A stretch of 57,180 nucleotides of DNA, from positions 1 through 57,180 of the IMG/VR virus record IMGVR_UViG_3300032282_004138. One strand, given 5' to 3'. The position numbers and the translations under genes were made by a program. The notes below the pieces were generated by a model. The model ran no database searches. It had not been told where the DNA came from and was given only the letters and a program-made list of their open reading frames with translations. Source of the stretch: a virus. Its lineage: Duplodnaviria; Caudoviricetes. Below are positions 10,059 to 20,113 of this stretch, piece by piece. Each line of letters begins with the position of its first letter. Position 1 is the first letter of the stretch.

Positions 10059-12580
10059 TAATATGTATTATTAATATAATTATCTTTCGTATCGAAATAA
10101 CCTTCTGAGTACGAACAAGTAATAACTTTGTTATTGAAGTAACCTAAATAAGTTGCTTCAAAAGTTACTCTAAATCTAAAACTAACATTTAATGGTAAAC
10201 TTTTAAAAGTTACCGCGTAGTTAGATGTTGTTGGTGTGAAGTTAACTATCTGTTGATTTGTTAAATTACCTGTATCGTCGTTAAAAGCTTGTACAATAAA
10301 TCTACCAGTGACTGTGTCATTAGTAAAGTTTGGTGGTACACTCCACTGTACAGTGAATTGATTAGTTTTTAAACTACCGTAATTATTGTTATTTAAACCT
10401 TTATCTTTACTAACAGCTAAGATAGAAATAACATCTCCTACATTAATTTGTGTATTATTTTTATCAAAAATAATTCTATAATCTGAAGACGTACTGATAA
10501 AATATTGGAAGTCTTGTGCTAACTTAACTCCGTTAATAGACATAATAATACTATAACTAGAGTCTATAGGTAAACTTGTAAAAAATTCGTAATTACCTGT
10601 TGTAGGGTTATAATTTAAAGTTTGGTCTCCAGCTGCTCTAGCTGTAGGTGTTGTAGTACTTGTAAACCCATCAACTTTAATGGTATCCATAAAATAAATG
10701 CCATAATCAGATATCCATGATTGTGGTACACCTCCTATGTATGTTGCTACCAACCAATCTGTAGGTAAAATCTCATTATAAAGTTCTATTGTTGGCGGAA
10801 CTCCAAAACCACCTACATTTATTAATCTATAATCACCAACACCAGATGGTCCTGTCGCAGTTAATTGTACACCATTTAATATTAACATAACGGTACCATT
10901 TGATGGTACAGAACTTAAAATAAAATAGTTTAAAGTACCATTAATTGATTGGGATCCTCTCGCCCCTGAAATACCATTAACATATAAGTTATCTGTAATT
11001 AAAGTATAATTCGGTCTACCTTCAGTACCAGGTGGGTACAAACTAGGTGTAGGAGGATTAACTATTGTCATAAAGTAGTAATCAGTACTACTTTGAAAAG
11101 TATTGTATTGTACGGTATCAGTCCAACTGTCAAAAGTTACACCTGGGTTACATTCTTTACTTGTAAAAGTAAAATAAGGTCTAATCAAATATTCACCCCA
11201 AGTTTTTTGTAGTGTACCTTCTGAAAACGTTTTGATGATAGATGTTGGTGTTATGTAAACAACTTGTTGGTTAGTGTATTTTGTTGCATAAACTGTGTTA
11301 TTTAAGTAATTATATAACACAAAACGTGGTTCGTCATTTAATGTGAAAAATTTCTCAATTTCATTCGTAATACAATCTAACCTATAAATTTTACCGTTAC
11401 CTCCAATAGTTGAATAAAAAATATTATTATTTATAGAATCAAAATCTATTGCGTATGGGTTTTGTGTGGGTGTTGTTAAAGTTGTTGTTACAGTATTTGT
11501 TAAACAATCTACTATTATTATACTGTCATTTGCATAATCAGTCACATAAACAGTATTATTTATTGAATTGTAAGTTGCCTTTACAAGGGTTGGTGATGTA
11601 GCTCCTGTAATACTTATTGTAGTTGACAATGTGTTTGTGCTACAATCTACAACAAAAATTTCTTCTGTAAGATTACATAAAGTGTACATTGTATTGTCAA
11701 CATTGTTATACACAATATCGAGACCAACAGAGGGTAAAGTCACAGGGGCTGCCAATGCGAAAGTATTACAATCTACTGTTATAATTTTAAACGCGTTATT
11801 TGTTATATACATTTTTTGGTTAGCACTATTATAAGCTATCCCAAGATAAGCACCTACACCAAAAGATATTGGTGTTAAATAAGTGTTTGTATTACAATCT
11901 AAAATTTGGACTACGTTAGCTGTGTAAACTAAAACATAAAGTCTATTGTTAATAGGGTCATAAGCAGAGGCTCCGGGTGTGTACCCACCAAATATTGTAT
12001 TAATAACTTTGTTGGTTTTGGCATCTATTACTGAAATACTTGCTGAAGTCCTATTAGAAACATAAATTAAATTATCTTTAGTATTTAATGACATCCAATA
12101 CGGTAAATTACCAACGTCAATCGGGTTTGTTTGTAATACATTAGGTTCTGATTTTGTTATACCACTAAAACTATAACAATCGGCCACTATTTCAGTACCA
12201 CTAATTAAACCACCTGTCGCTTTTATTGGTACCCATTTATCTTTTGGGAAAACTTTTAAACAAAAATTACCATCATAATCTACATAATCGGTACCACCTG
12301 TTACAACAAACTTTACATTAATATCACCTGTATAATCTAAATTATAAATTCCTGTAGTACCTGTAGTACAACCTGTAATTGTTGCTGTCAAACCAGACAT
12401 TAATTTTATAGCACCTGTAACATAATATTCAGGGCTTAGGAAGATTTCTTGGCAAAGATTAATCTCAGGGTTTAAGTTATAAACATTACTTAAACCATTA
12501 TCACGTAAGAATTTTTGATTTATTAAATCTTGTTGACTTACGTCTTTACTATTTTCTTTATTTATACACAAAAATCCCAT
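10058..12580 (-). CDS. Structural/receptor-binding protein with YVTN (YncE-like) beta-propeller
   Basis: About 7 repeats of the type IYVSNRTSASISVIDAKTNKVINTI / VYVTDYANDSIIIVDCLTNTVTTTL; two xNGVxL..(D/Q)Y modules; FN3-like C-terminus. Confidence 0.7.
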   Translation of the reverse strand: MGFLCINKENSKDVSQQDLINQKFLRDNGLSNVYNLNPEINLCQEIFLSPEYYVTGAIKLMSGLTATITGCTTGTTGIYNLDYTGDINVKFVVTGGTDYVDYDGNFCLKVFPKDKWVPIKATGGLISGTEIVADCYSFSGITKSEPNVLQTNPIDVGNLPYWMSLNTKDNLIYVSNRTSASISVIDAKTNKVINTIFGGYTPGASAYDPINNRLYVLVYTANVVQILDCNTNTYLTPISFGVGAYLGIAYNSANQKMYITNNAFKIITVDCNTFALAAPVTLPSVGLDIVYNNVDNTMYTLCNLTEEIFVVDCSTNTLSTTISITGATSPTLVKATYNSINNTVYVTDYANDSIIIVDCLTNTVTTTLTTPTQNPYAIDFDSINNNIFYSTIGGNGKIYRLDCITNEIEKFFTLNDEPRFVLYNYLNNTVYATKYTNQQVVYITPTSIIKTFSEGTLQKTWGEYLIRPYFTFTSKECNPGVTFDSWTDTVQYNTFQSSTDYYFMTIVNPPTPSLYPPGTEGRPNYTLITDNLYVNGISGARGSQSINGTLNYFILSSVPSNGTVMLILNGVQLTATGPSGVGDYRLINVGGFGVPPTIELYNEILPTDWLVATYIGGVPQSWISDYGIYFMDTIKVDGFTSTTTPTARAAGDQTLNYNPTTGNYEFFTSLPIDSSYSIIMSINGVKLAQDFQYFISTSSDYRIIFDKNNTQINVGDVISILAVSKDKGLNNNNYGSLKTNQFTVQWSVPPNFTNDTVTGRFIVQAFNDDTGNLTNQQIVNFTPTTSNYAVTFKSLPLNVSFRFRVTFEATYLGYFNNKVITCSYSEGYFDTKDNYINNTY

Positions 12581-15500
12581 TATACTACTGTTGTTACTGT
12601 TGTTTGAGAAGTAAACCTACTTCTATATGATGTAATGTCAATACTTGCTTGAGCCACCGTTCTTAAAATAGGGGTTGTGGTTGTTAAACCCGGATCAAGC
12701 ACTGGTGTTACTAAAGGTGTTGTTGTTACGGTTGTTGCTTGTGGAACTGTACCTGTTCCTACCTGTGAAGCTATAGGTGTTGGTACTATTACTGCTGTAG
12801 ATGTTCTAGGTGGTGAAGGGTAAAATCCTGCAGGTACTTGTTCATAACTTACCTCCGATTCAACCAATTCAAAATCATAATCACAAGGATTTATAATAGT
12901 ACAAATTTCATTACACCATCTTTCACCCGCAACCCAAATTGCTGTCGCTGGAATAAATTGTTCCATAAATGGAATCCAGAAACTTTGGAATTGTTTTTTG
13001 TAATTCTCTAACTCGTAAAGACTTAAATATGTTACAGTATTAACTGTCGTTGCTGAAACAATTGATGATGAACAAAAAGTGGTTGCACTAAAGACTAAAC
13101 CAGTACAAGCAAATACTGTATAGGGGGTTACCGTTGAGCAAACGTCTACTGAGGTATTAGCACTAACAATAATTGTTGTTATGGTGGTACTGTTACAGTC
13201 TATATAGTCTACCGAACAATCACCACCTGTATTATTAATATTATATGATATACAGTTTGTTTGATAACAAACACTTGTACCTGCAGATAACGTATAACCA
13301 CTAGGACATGCTAATGTTGTTCCACTAATTGGGCAATCAGCACACATATCATAAGTTAGCCAAAGTTCTTTAGAGTTTAAAACTAAATTACTATGTTTTT
13401 CGTACACACTTGATTGTTTAAAATAATTTGTGTACCTCCAAGGAATGTCTGCATCTAAACTTGGTGCAAAGGTTCTATTAATTGTACCTTCACCGTTTAA
13501 CATACCAAAACTACCGTCAGCTCTTTCTATATTATCGTATTCAGATATACCCACTGAAGGTAAACCTGGATTGTAAACCCAAGATTTTTTATTATCTATT
13601 ACTCTTGTTAAGTTAAACCCAGGGCATTGAATATCGTTAACAATTAGGGCTGGTTCTTGTTTAGAACAGTTAACTCTAATATCGTCAACAAAAATATCGT
13701 AATCACAACAACAATTTAGTCCTTGATAAATCTCAAGATTAACACCAAAATTTAACGTTAAACCCGATGTTGGTAGGGTTGCTTTAATTTGAACCCATCT
13801 ATCAAAATAATCTGTAACTGAATTGTAATTTATATTCTGTATTAAGAAAGAATTTAAAATAGGGTCAGTTAAACTTATTCCCGCTATAATAGGGTTATTA
13901 ATGTTGTAACAACAAACAGTAGGTGTAACTGTTGGTACGTCTACAGCTATAGCCGTTGAAGATATAGTACCTCCTACGGTTGAATTTACTGCTCCAGTGT
14001 TTGGCGTTAAGGTTATGTCACAAAACTGACCATCTATAACAATAATGTCGGTATCAGGTGGATCAGGTATTGGTTGGCATGGGTTATTAGGTTTACCAAA
14101 ATAAACCCACATAGATATTTCTAAATCATTACCACATGGAGGTACCTCCATCATTTTATCATTAAGAGAAAAAGTGATAGGTAAACAATCATCTCTTTTT
14201 GTTGCTAAACAATAAGGTGCTTGCCACTCCCATGGTAAATTATAATCTTTAATTAATCTATTACAACAAGCCTCACTTAGTGGTGTACTATTTGAAGTAA
14301 GTTGTACTGTTTGTATTGGATTGTTGAAAAAATCAAAAGTATTAACAGTTTTGACTTGTGTAATATCAATCTCACATTGATCTACCACAGGTTTACACAT
14401 ACAATTACCGTTTATCGTTAAGGTTGGTGTTGGTGTTGGGGTAATAATTGTTTCAACGTTCCCTACTGTTCTTAAAAGCGTTGTACCCACTTGTTGTCCA
14501 CCTAAACCCACAGTACCGATCCCGATAGTACCTGTTCCACCTGTATTTAGTCCAACAGTGGTACCTACTTGAGTGCCTATTGTACCTGTTCCAAGTCCAC
14601 CTGTATTTAGTCCACCACCAGTATTACCACCAGATGATGTTACAATACTATCCCAAAATCCTCCATACTGGTCACAAATACCTTTAGTTACTAATATTGG
14701 TGTGTTTGTTACAGTACCAAAATTAACATAGAACCCACCTGTAGTAGCCAAAGCATTAGATAAGATTAATCTAGCCTCAGTTAAATCCGCTATACTATTA
14801 TTATTAGAATCAGCGGTACTATTAATCGCTAATAAAATAAAATTAATTTGTTGTGAAGTTAAACCTAAAGAAGGCCCTATTGTTTGAAAATTTGCTGTGA
14901 AAAAACTATATCCAACAGGTGTTGAAATAAGGTTTAAAAAATCACTTAATGTTGATATACATCTCGGTACATAATTTTCTACTATTGTTTTTTTACAAAA
15001 ACAAATACCGTCGATGAATGTACCTTGATTAGCCTCACAACAAGCCTGATTTAAAGGTTCACCATTTGTAGAGTCTACATATATTGTTTGCCCACTATTA
15101 GTAATTAAATTTACTATTTGTTGCCATAATATTGGTGAGGCGGTTTGTAAACCTTGACCGTTATGGTTAGCTATGTAAGTATTGTTCCAATTGTTAAAAC
15201 TTATGGTACCATCAGTACCATCACAACTAACACAAACACTTGTAGGACAAATTAATTTTGGTGTATAATAACATGCTATTCCGTCCCATGTATAAATACT
15301 TGTTGAATTTATATTTTGGTCTATTATGGCTGCATTACAACAAGAGGGGTCATTTACTCCTATTACCTCACCATCCATAGCAATGGAAAAAGGACCTGGA
15401 CAATTATTTGTTGGTCCACCCTTAAAAACACTACTAGCATTTATAACAATATCTGTTGTGATACTATTAAAATCTATAATAGTAGTTGTATTACTTTGGT

Positions 15501-15699
15501 ATGTGCAACAGTTATTACAATCAACATTAGCTGTTGGATCGTAATTAAAGGCTAAAGTATCACGGCAACCTACAACGGTAGGTGTTCCGTAAATACAACA
15601 ACCTACACAAGACTCCGTAGCTGTAGGGTCATAATTATTAGCTAATTGGTCCATACAACCTACCTTAGAAACCCCACCTTGTAATACTATTTGTGCCAT
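12580..15699 (-). CDS. Cys/Thr-rich virion protein (fibre/baseplate-associated)
   Basis: Two GCxDxxAxNYDPTA repeats at the N-terminus, several CC..W..C modules, Gly/Thr linker, Thr/Pro-rich tail. Confidence 0.6.
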   Translation of the reverse strand: MAQIVLQGGVSKVGCMDQLANNYDPTATESCVGCCIYGTPTVVGCRDTLAFNYDPTANVDCNNCCTYQSNTTTIIDFNSITTDIVINASSVFKGGPTNNCPGPFSIAMDGEVIGVNDPSCCNAAIIDQNINSTSIYTWDGIACYYTPKLICPTSVCVSCDGTDGTISFNNWNNTYIANHNGQGLQTASPILWQQIVNLITNSGQTIYVDSTNGEPLNQACCEANQGTFIDGICFCKKTIVENYVPRCISTLSDFLNLISTPVGYSFFTANFQTIGPSLGLTSQQINFILLAINSTADSNNNSIADLTEARLILSNALATTGGFYVNFGTVTNTPILVTKGICDQYGGFWDSIVTSSGGNTGGGLNTGGLGTGTIGTQVGTTVGLNTGGTGTIGIGTVGLGGQQVGTTLLRTVGNVETIITPTPTPTLTINGNCMCKPVVDQCEIDITQVKTVNTFDFFNNPIQTVQLTSNSTPLSEACCNRLIKDYNLPWEWQAPYCLATKRDDCLPITFSLNDKMMEVPPCGNDLEISMWVYFGKPNNPCQPIPDPPDTDIIVIDGQFCDITLTPNTGAVNSTVGGTISSTAIAVDVPTVTPTVCCYNINNPIIAGISLTDPILNSFLIQNINYNSVTDYFDRWVQIKATLPTSGLTLNFGVNLEIYQGLNCCCDYDIFVDDIRVNCSKQEPALIVNDIQCPGFNLTRVIDNKKSWVYNPGLPSVGISEYDNIERADGSFGMLNGEGTINRTFAPSLDADIPWRYTNYFKQSSVYEKHSNLVLNSKELWLTYDMCADCPISGTTLACPSGYTLSAGTSVCYQTNCISYNINNTGGDCSVDYIDCNSTTITTIIVSANTSVDVCSTVTPYTVFACTGLVFSATTFCSSSIVSATTVNTVTYLSLYELENYKKQFQSFWIPFMEQFIPATAIWVAGERWCNEICTIINPCDYDFELVESEVSYEQVPAGFYPSPPRTSTAVIVPTPIASQVGTGTVPQATTVTTTPLVTPVLDPGLTTTTPILRTVAQASIDITSYRSRFTSQTTVTTVV
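14536..14614. repeat. 19-bp direct repeat (tccacctgtatttagtcca), 60 bp apart, encoding GLNTGG
   Basis: Copies at 14536-14554 and 14596-14614. Confidence 0.85.
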
Positions 15700-15758
15700 T
15701 ACCTATAATTATTTTTTAATTTATTTTTTAATTCTTTTTTTAATCTATTTTCATAAAT

Positions 15759-18700
15759 TTATGGTATGATAGTACCTACAGTACAATAAACTACAGGTGT
15801 TCCATTAATATTTTGATACAAAATTCCATTATATTCAAAGAATGGGCTTGTTAAAAAAGTTGTTAAACCAGAATCTGTATACACTTTTGGTGTTGTTGCC
15901 GGTGTGTAACCACTAGGTACGTATACTTGATATTGATTCCCTTGAAGATATGTGTTGGTGGTTATCCCATTATTGTAGGCTCCACAAACATTAACTAAAT
16001 TTCCTGAAATAACGGTTGCTGCGGACGAAAGATTACCAGTTTTTACTATGTAAATTGTTGGAACTGGTGTTGGGGTGCATTTGTTTAATGATGTGTTCCA
16101 AGTAAATCCGTAATCAATACAACATTGTTGTGATAAATCAACGTTGGCTGATGTAGAAGAAATTTCTTGAATAAACGAACCTAACTCGTTAGTAACCTGA
16201 ATTAAATTATTAGGACAAGATGAACAATAAGAGTATGACTGAGCCGTTGTGTAACCTGGCATATCTAAGAATGTTGTTGTTGTACCGTTTATTGTTAATG
16301 ATACGTTATTGTTACCCGTAGAAACTGGGGATACCCAATACTGAGTGCTTTGATTACAACAAGCCTGTGTTACTAAACTATTATTTACTGTATTAAACCA
16401 AACATGAGTATTAGGTGAAACTTGTGGAGTACCACAAGGATTTGTAGAAGGTATTATACATTTGTTACTATCACCTATTAAACTCCATGTACCACCTCTT
16501 AACTCACAACAAGCCTTATTACTTATTTCTTTATCATTACTATCTAATAATAAACAACCATATGTATTAAAAAATGGTGTATATATGTTTGAGATGAAAG
16601 ATTCTGGTGTTATCATAAATGGACCTGAAGTACCCCAACCTAAACTTATTGCTAATTGTGTGATTTGTGTTGTTGTTAATGTTGCCAAATAATCGTTAAC
16701 ATTACATATTGTTTGTATAGTATTTTGTGGGGGACACCAATAACAAACATAATTAGGTATCGGAGTTACTGTTTGACTTCCATCCACACTTCTAAGTAAG
16801 GTTGTACCGACTGGAGTTCCTCCGACAGTCCCAGTCCCAGTCCCAGTCCCAGTCCCAGTTCCTGTACCAGTACCTTGTGGTATAACACATTTTTTAATAT
16901 TACCATCCCAAGCAACATCAAAACCTAATATAGCCTTTGAACAACAAGCTTGAGATACGGTAAGGTTGGTCGCTCCATCTAAAACAACATTATTAGTGTC
17001 TACTAATGTATTTGATGCGGATGGACAAACCGGTGGGTTAACCGTTATAGGTAACCAATAATTTTGACAACAATTTTGTGCGGTAAGATATACTGTATTA
17101 TTTGTATCAATATAAACAACACCGTCAGGGCCAAAACTTAATTGATACACCCCACAAGGATCACAAACGTTTTTGTTACCAGCGGTGAAACTAATTTTCA
17201 TTGAATATGTGTCGCCACTAGGTACACCGTAATTTGGGGCGTTGTTACCTCCTACATAAGTTAAACCGGCTGAATTGACAACGGCGTTATTTACAGAGCC
17301 ATTATTTAAAACATTCGCGTATCCAGTACCATAATAAGGTACGGGTAACCCGTTTTGGTCGAAGATAAAAGTACCTTCGTTGTAGTTATTAAAATAATTT
17401 TCATTAACAGTAATAAGTGTAGAACCTGTTAATAAATCATTAAAATTTGGTACGAAACATTCAAATTGTGTAAAATAGCTTTTACCAAAATCATAAGGGC
17501 CAATATGTGGGTTGTTACCTATAGCTGATGTATTACCACCGTTATACCAAAAACCATCCATTTGAAAATAATTGTCTAAATTTTCTGGTAAAATCCTAGG
17601 AAAACCATAAGCATCCATAGGGTAGTTAGCTAAACTAACTGTTTGGTCGGCTAAACCGGAAACTTCAAATATTTTAACTAATTGATTATAAGTTTCATTA
17701 ACATTTAATTTGTTTTCAGCCAAGTATACGTACTCATCTAATGTAATCATACAACCTGGTATGTTAAATAAATTAAAGAAAAACTCTATAACCTTTCTAG
17801 TACCCTTTGATTTCCATAACCACCAAGCGTTTATAACTAATCTCCTCCAAAGTTCTATATCTAATTCTTTAGCCGACAAACTTCTTGAATACCCACTGAA
17901 TGGTGTTTGAAAAGAAGGTTTTGTTTGTTCTAATAAATCAAAATTGTCTGTGGTGACAGTTAATAAAACGTCAAAACCTAAAGTTTTAGCCATCATTTTT
18001 ATTAACTCATCGGAGGTATTATCAAGTTTATTGTATGTTACTACATTAGCAAAAGAAATACCATCAATATATTTTTTAACTTCATCATATTCTCTACCAT
18101 ATATTCGTAAAAGTTTTGAAACTTTCATCCCATATATCTCATCACCAATTGCGTTTGCGGTACCACCGTTTGTATCAAATTCGTGAATAGATTCTGATAC
18201 AAATCTTCTTGACATTAAGTCGGTTTTATATTTATCAAAATTGTTTGCCGCGTCTAAAAGAGTTTGTATGTAATTAGCGTAATCACGAGTGTTAATATCA
18301 AGATTATAACTATCACTAACAGGCCATGTAAAACTTTCAGATGTATAATAAAAAACGCCTTCAGATTCTCTTGGTACATCAAATTTTGCTGTATATATTG
18401 GTGTTACTAGTCTATTTAATAAAACTTTTTCAAAATCACTTAATTGTTCAAAAAATAATTGTACCTCGTTAGCGTTAGGTTTTAAGTGATACGTAATTTG
18501 ACCAAAAGTTGAGGCGGTTAAAGATGGGAATGGGTTACCTTTAGTTTGTATAGAAATATATTGGTAGTTATCTGTAGATCCTGTGTAACCTATAACAGGT
18601 ACTTCTTGATTAGTACTAACATTCCATATAACGTATTTGTTATAATCTCTTGAAAGGTTGTATATTTCACCTGCAGGTAAATCAATAAAATTTGTGTTAT

Positions 18701-19214
18701 AATCAACATTTAATTGAAAATTATTAATTATGACACTTTTAGGTATTAAAAAATTAGCTATATCATTACCACTATCATAACTGAAAGAAAGTACTGTATT
18801 AACAATAGTGTTTGTATTAAAGTACGGGTCTAAATAAACAGACCCTTTCCAATTTTGGATGATATCTTCTAACGTTACCCTTGTAAATTCATAAAAACTA
18901 CCGAAATAAACATACCTATTAATATTAAAAGGGTTGAAGTTTAATCTAATAAAAATATCATTAGATAATAATATATCCGATTCTGTTTGTGTTAAATTTA
19001 AATTTTCTAAAGAGTAATAGTCCGACCACTGTCCACCTAACGTAAAATTAACGTTTAATCTAGGATCTAAATTAGTTGTAATCTCAAAATTACCAAAAGT
19101 GAAAAGAGAGGACCCGTTGGTAAACTGTAACCCAACTAAATTTGGCGCAAAGTCACCCTCACGTCTTTTATACGCATCGGTTAATGAACGGGGTGTTACT
19201 CTAACATTTCCCAT
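15759..19214 (-). CDS. Baseplate wedge protein (P2 gpI / T4 gp7-like) with Cys-rich extension
   Basis: LWRRLVINAWWLWKSKGTRKVIEFFF matches the KGT motif of Tail_P2_I-type wedge proteins; downstream of gp25/gp6. Confidence 0.65.
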   Translation of the reverse strand: MGNVRVTPRSLTDAYKRREGDFAPNLVGLQFTNGSSLFTFGNFEITTNLDPRLNVNFTLGGQWSDYYSLENLNLTQTESDILLSNDIFIRLNFNPFNINRYVYFGSFYEFTRVTLEDIIQNWKGSVYLDPYFNTNTIVNTVLSFSYDSGNDIANFLIPKSVIINNFQLNVDYNTNFIDLPAGEIYNLSRDYNKYVIWNVSTNQEVPVIGYTGSTDNYQYISIQTKGNPFPSLTASTFGQITYHLKPNANEVQLFFEQLSDFEKVLLNRLVTPIYTAKFDVPRESEGVFYYTSESFTWPVSDSYNLDINTRDYANYIQTLLDAANNFDKYKTDLMSRRFVSESIHEFDTNGGTANAIGDEIYGMKVSKLLRIYGREYDEVKKYIDGISFANVVTYNKLDNTSDELIKMMAKTLGFDVLLTVTTDNFDLLEQTKPSFQTPFSGYSRSLSAKELDIELWRRLVINAWWLWKSKGTRKVIEFFFNLFNIPGCMITLDEYVYLAENKLNVNETYNQLVKIFEVSGLADQTVSLANYPMDAYGFPRILPENLDNYFQMDGFWYNGGNTSAIGNNPHIGPYDFGKSYFTQFECFVPNFNDLLTGSTLITVNENYFNNYNEGTFIFDQNGLPVPYYGTGYANVLNNGSVNNAVVNSAGLTYVGGNNAPNYGVPSGDTYSMKISFTAGNKNVCDPCGVYQLSFGPDGVVYIDTNNTVYLTAQNCCQNYWLPITVNPPVCPSASNTLVDTNNVVLDGATNLTVSQACCSKAILGFDVAWDGNIKKCVIPQGTGTGTGTGTGTGTGTVGGTPVGTTLLRSVDGSQTVTPIPNYVCYWCPPQNTIQTICNVNDYLATLTTTQITQLAISLGWGTSGPFMITPESFISNIYTPFFNTYGCLLLDSNDKEISNKACCELRGGTWSLIGDSNKCIIPSTNPCGTPQVSPNTHVWFNTVNNSLVTQACCNQSTQYWVSPVSTGNNNVSLTINGTTTTFLDMPGYTTAQSYSYCSSCPNNLIQVTNELGSFIQEISSTSANVDLSQQCCIDYGFTWNTSLNKCTPTPVPTIYIVKTGNLSSAATVISGNLVNVCGAYNNGITTNTYLQGNQYQVYVPSGYTPATTPKVYTDSGLTTFLTSPFFEYNGILYQNINGTPVVYCTVGTIIP
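16826..16874. repeat. Hexamer tandem repeat (cagtcc)x5 plus degenerate copies, encoding (Gly-Thr)8
   Basis: Five perfect cagtcc units at 16826-16855, then cagttc, ctgtac, cagtac. Confidence 0.92.
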
Positions 19215-20110
19215 TATAATGTTGGAACGTTAGTAATTGTATTGAAGTCTTTAGTGAAATCAATATTATTAACCAATTGGCGAACTTCGTGTAAAGGTTC
19301 TCCTGTAAATTGGTCTTGAATTTCGTATAGATTGTATTGTTTATAGATACGATTAGCGAAATCATAAATAGTGTACTTACCATCGGCAATAGATTTAATT
19401 TGGTTGCCGTAAATACCGTAAGCCAATGTTTCGATATCGTATTCAACCATATCTATTTCCAATATGATTGGATTAAAAAATGTGTTTGTAATAGATATTT
19501 CTTGAGCTGGACTACCGATATCAGGAAATTGATTTGGTCTAACATTTGGTGCCGAACTTGGTGTCAAAGTACAAAATACTAAATTAGATGTGTCATTAAA
19601 TCTATATCTAACAGCCTTTTGTGTTGTATTTGATAAATTAGCATTTACAGGTTCAGTCCTATTGGCTGATGTTATAACCCTAAAAAAATTAGGTATTCTT
19701 TGTCCCACATTGTTATAGTATTCAACACGATACCCAATCAAACTGGAAGCGTCTTGGATTCCTAAAGTGTTCATATCTAAAACAATACCTTTAATATCAG
19801 GAAAAGCAGCTAACACGCCACAATCAGTTATTTTAGTTCTAATCTCTTTTGGTCTTATGATAATATTGTAAATACCTTTTGCTGAAAAGTTAGCTACTGG
19901 TAGTTGTAAATTATAAAGACCGTCAAATAAAGGTACACCATTAGTTACAGGTGTTGGGTGATTAAATCTTGTTATTACTTGACTTGGTGTTAATTTTTGT
20001 AATGGTAGGGTTGGTGCAACATCTCTTGATGGAGTATATGTAAAATATATTTCCATATCATCTACCGTTACTGTCGCTGGTCTAACTATACCGTAATTTC
20101 CTGTTGCCAT
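19214..20110 (-). CDS. Virion structural protein (baseplate region)
   Basis: 298 aa, TAATG-coupled to the wedge gene. Confidence 0.55.
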   Translation of the reverse strand: MATGNYGIVRPATVTVDDMEIYFTYTPSRDVAPTLPLQKLTPSQVITRFNHPTPVTNGVPLFDGLYNLQLPVANFSAKGIYNIIIRPKEIRTKITDCGVLAAFPDIKGIVLDMNTLGIQDASSLIGYRVEYYNNVGQRIPNFFRVITSANRTEPVNANLSNTTQKAVRYRFNDTSNLVFCTLTPSSAPNVRPNQFPDIGSPAQEISITNTFFNPIILEIDMVEYDIETLAYGIYGNQIKSIADGKYTIYDFANRIYKQYNLYEIQDQFTGEPLHEVRQLVNNIDFTKDFNTITNVPTL

Positions 20111-20113
20111 ATT

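Noticed and set aside
14536-16874. CRISPR array or DGR template/variable repeats
   Set aside because: Repeats are short, in-frame Gly/Thr coding repeats; no spacer structure, adenine-specific mismatch pair or reverse transcriptase was seen.
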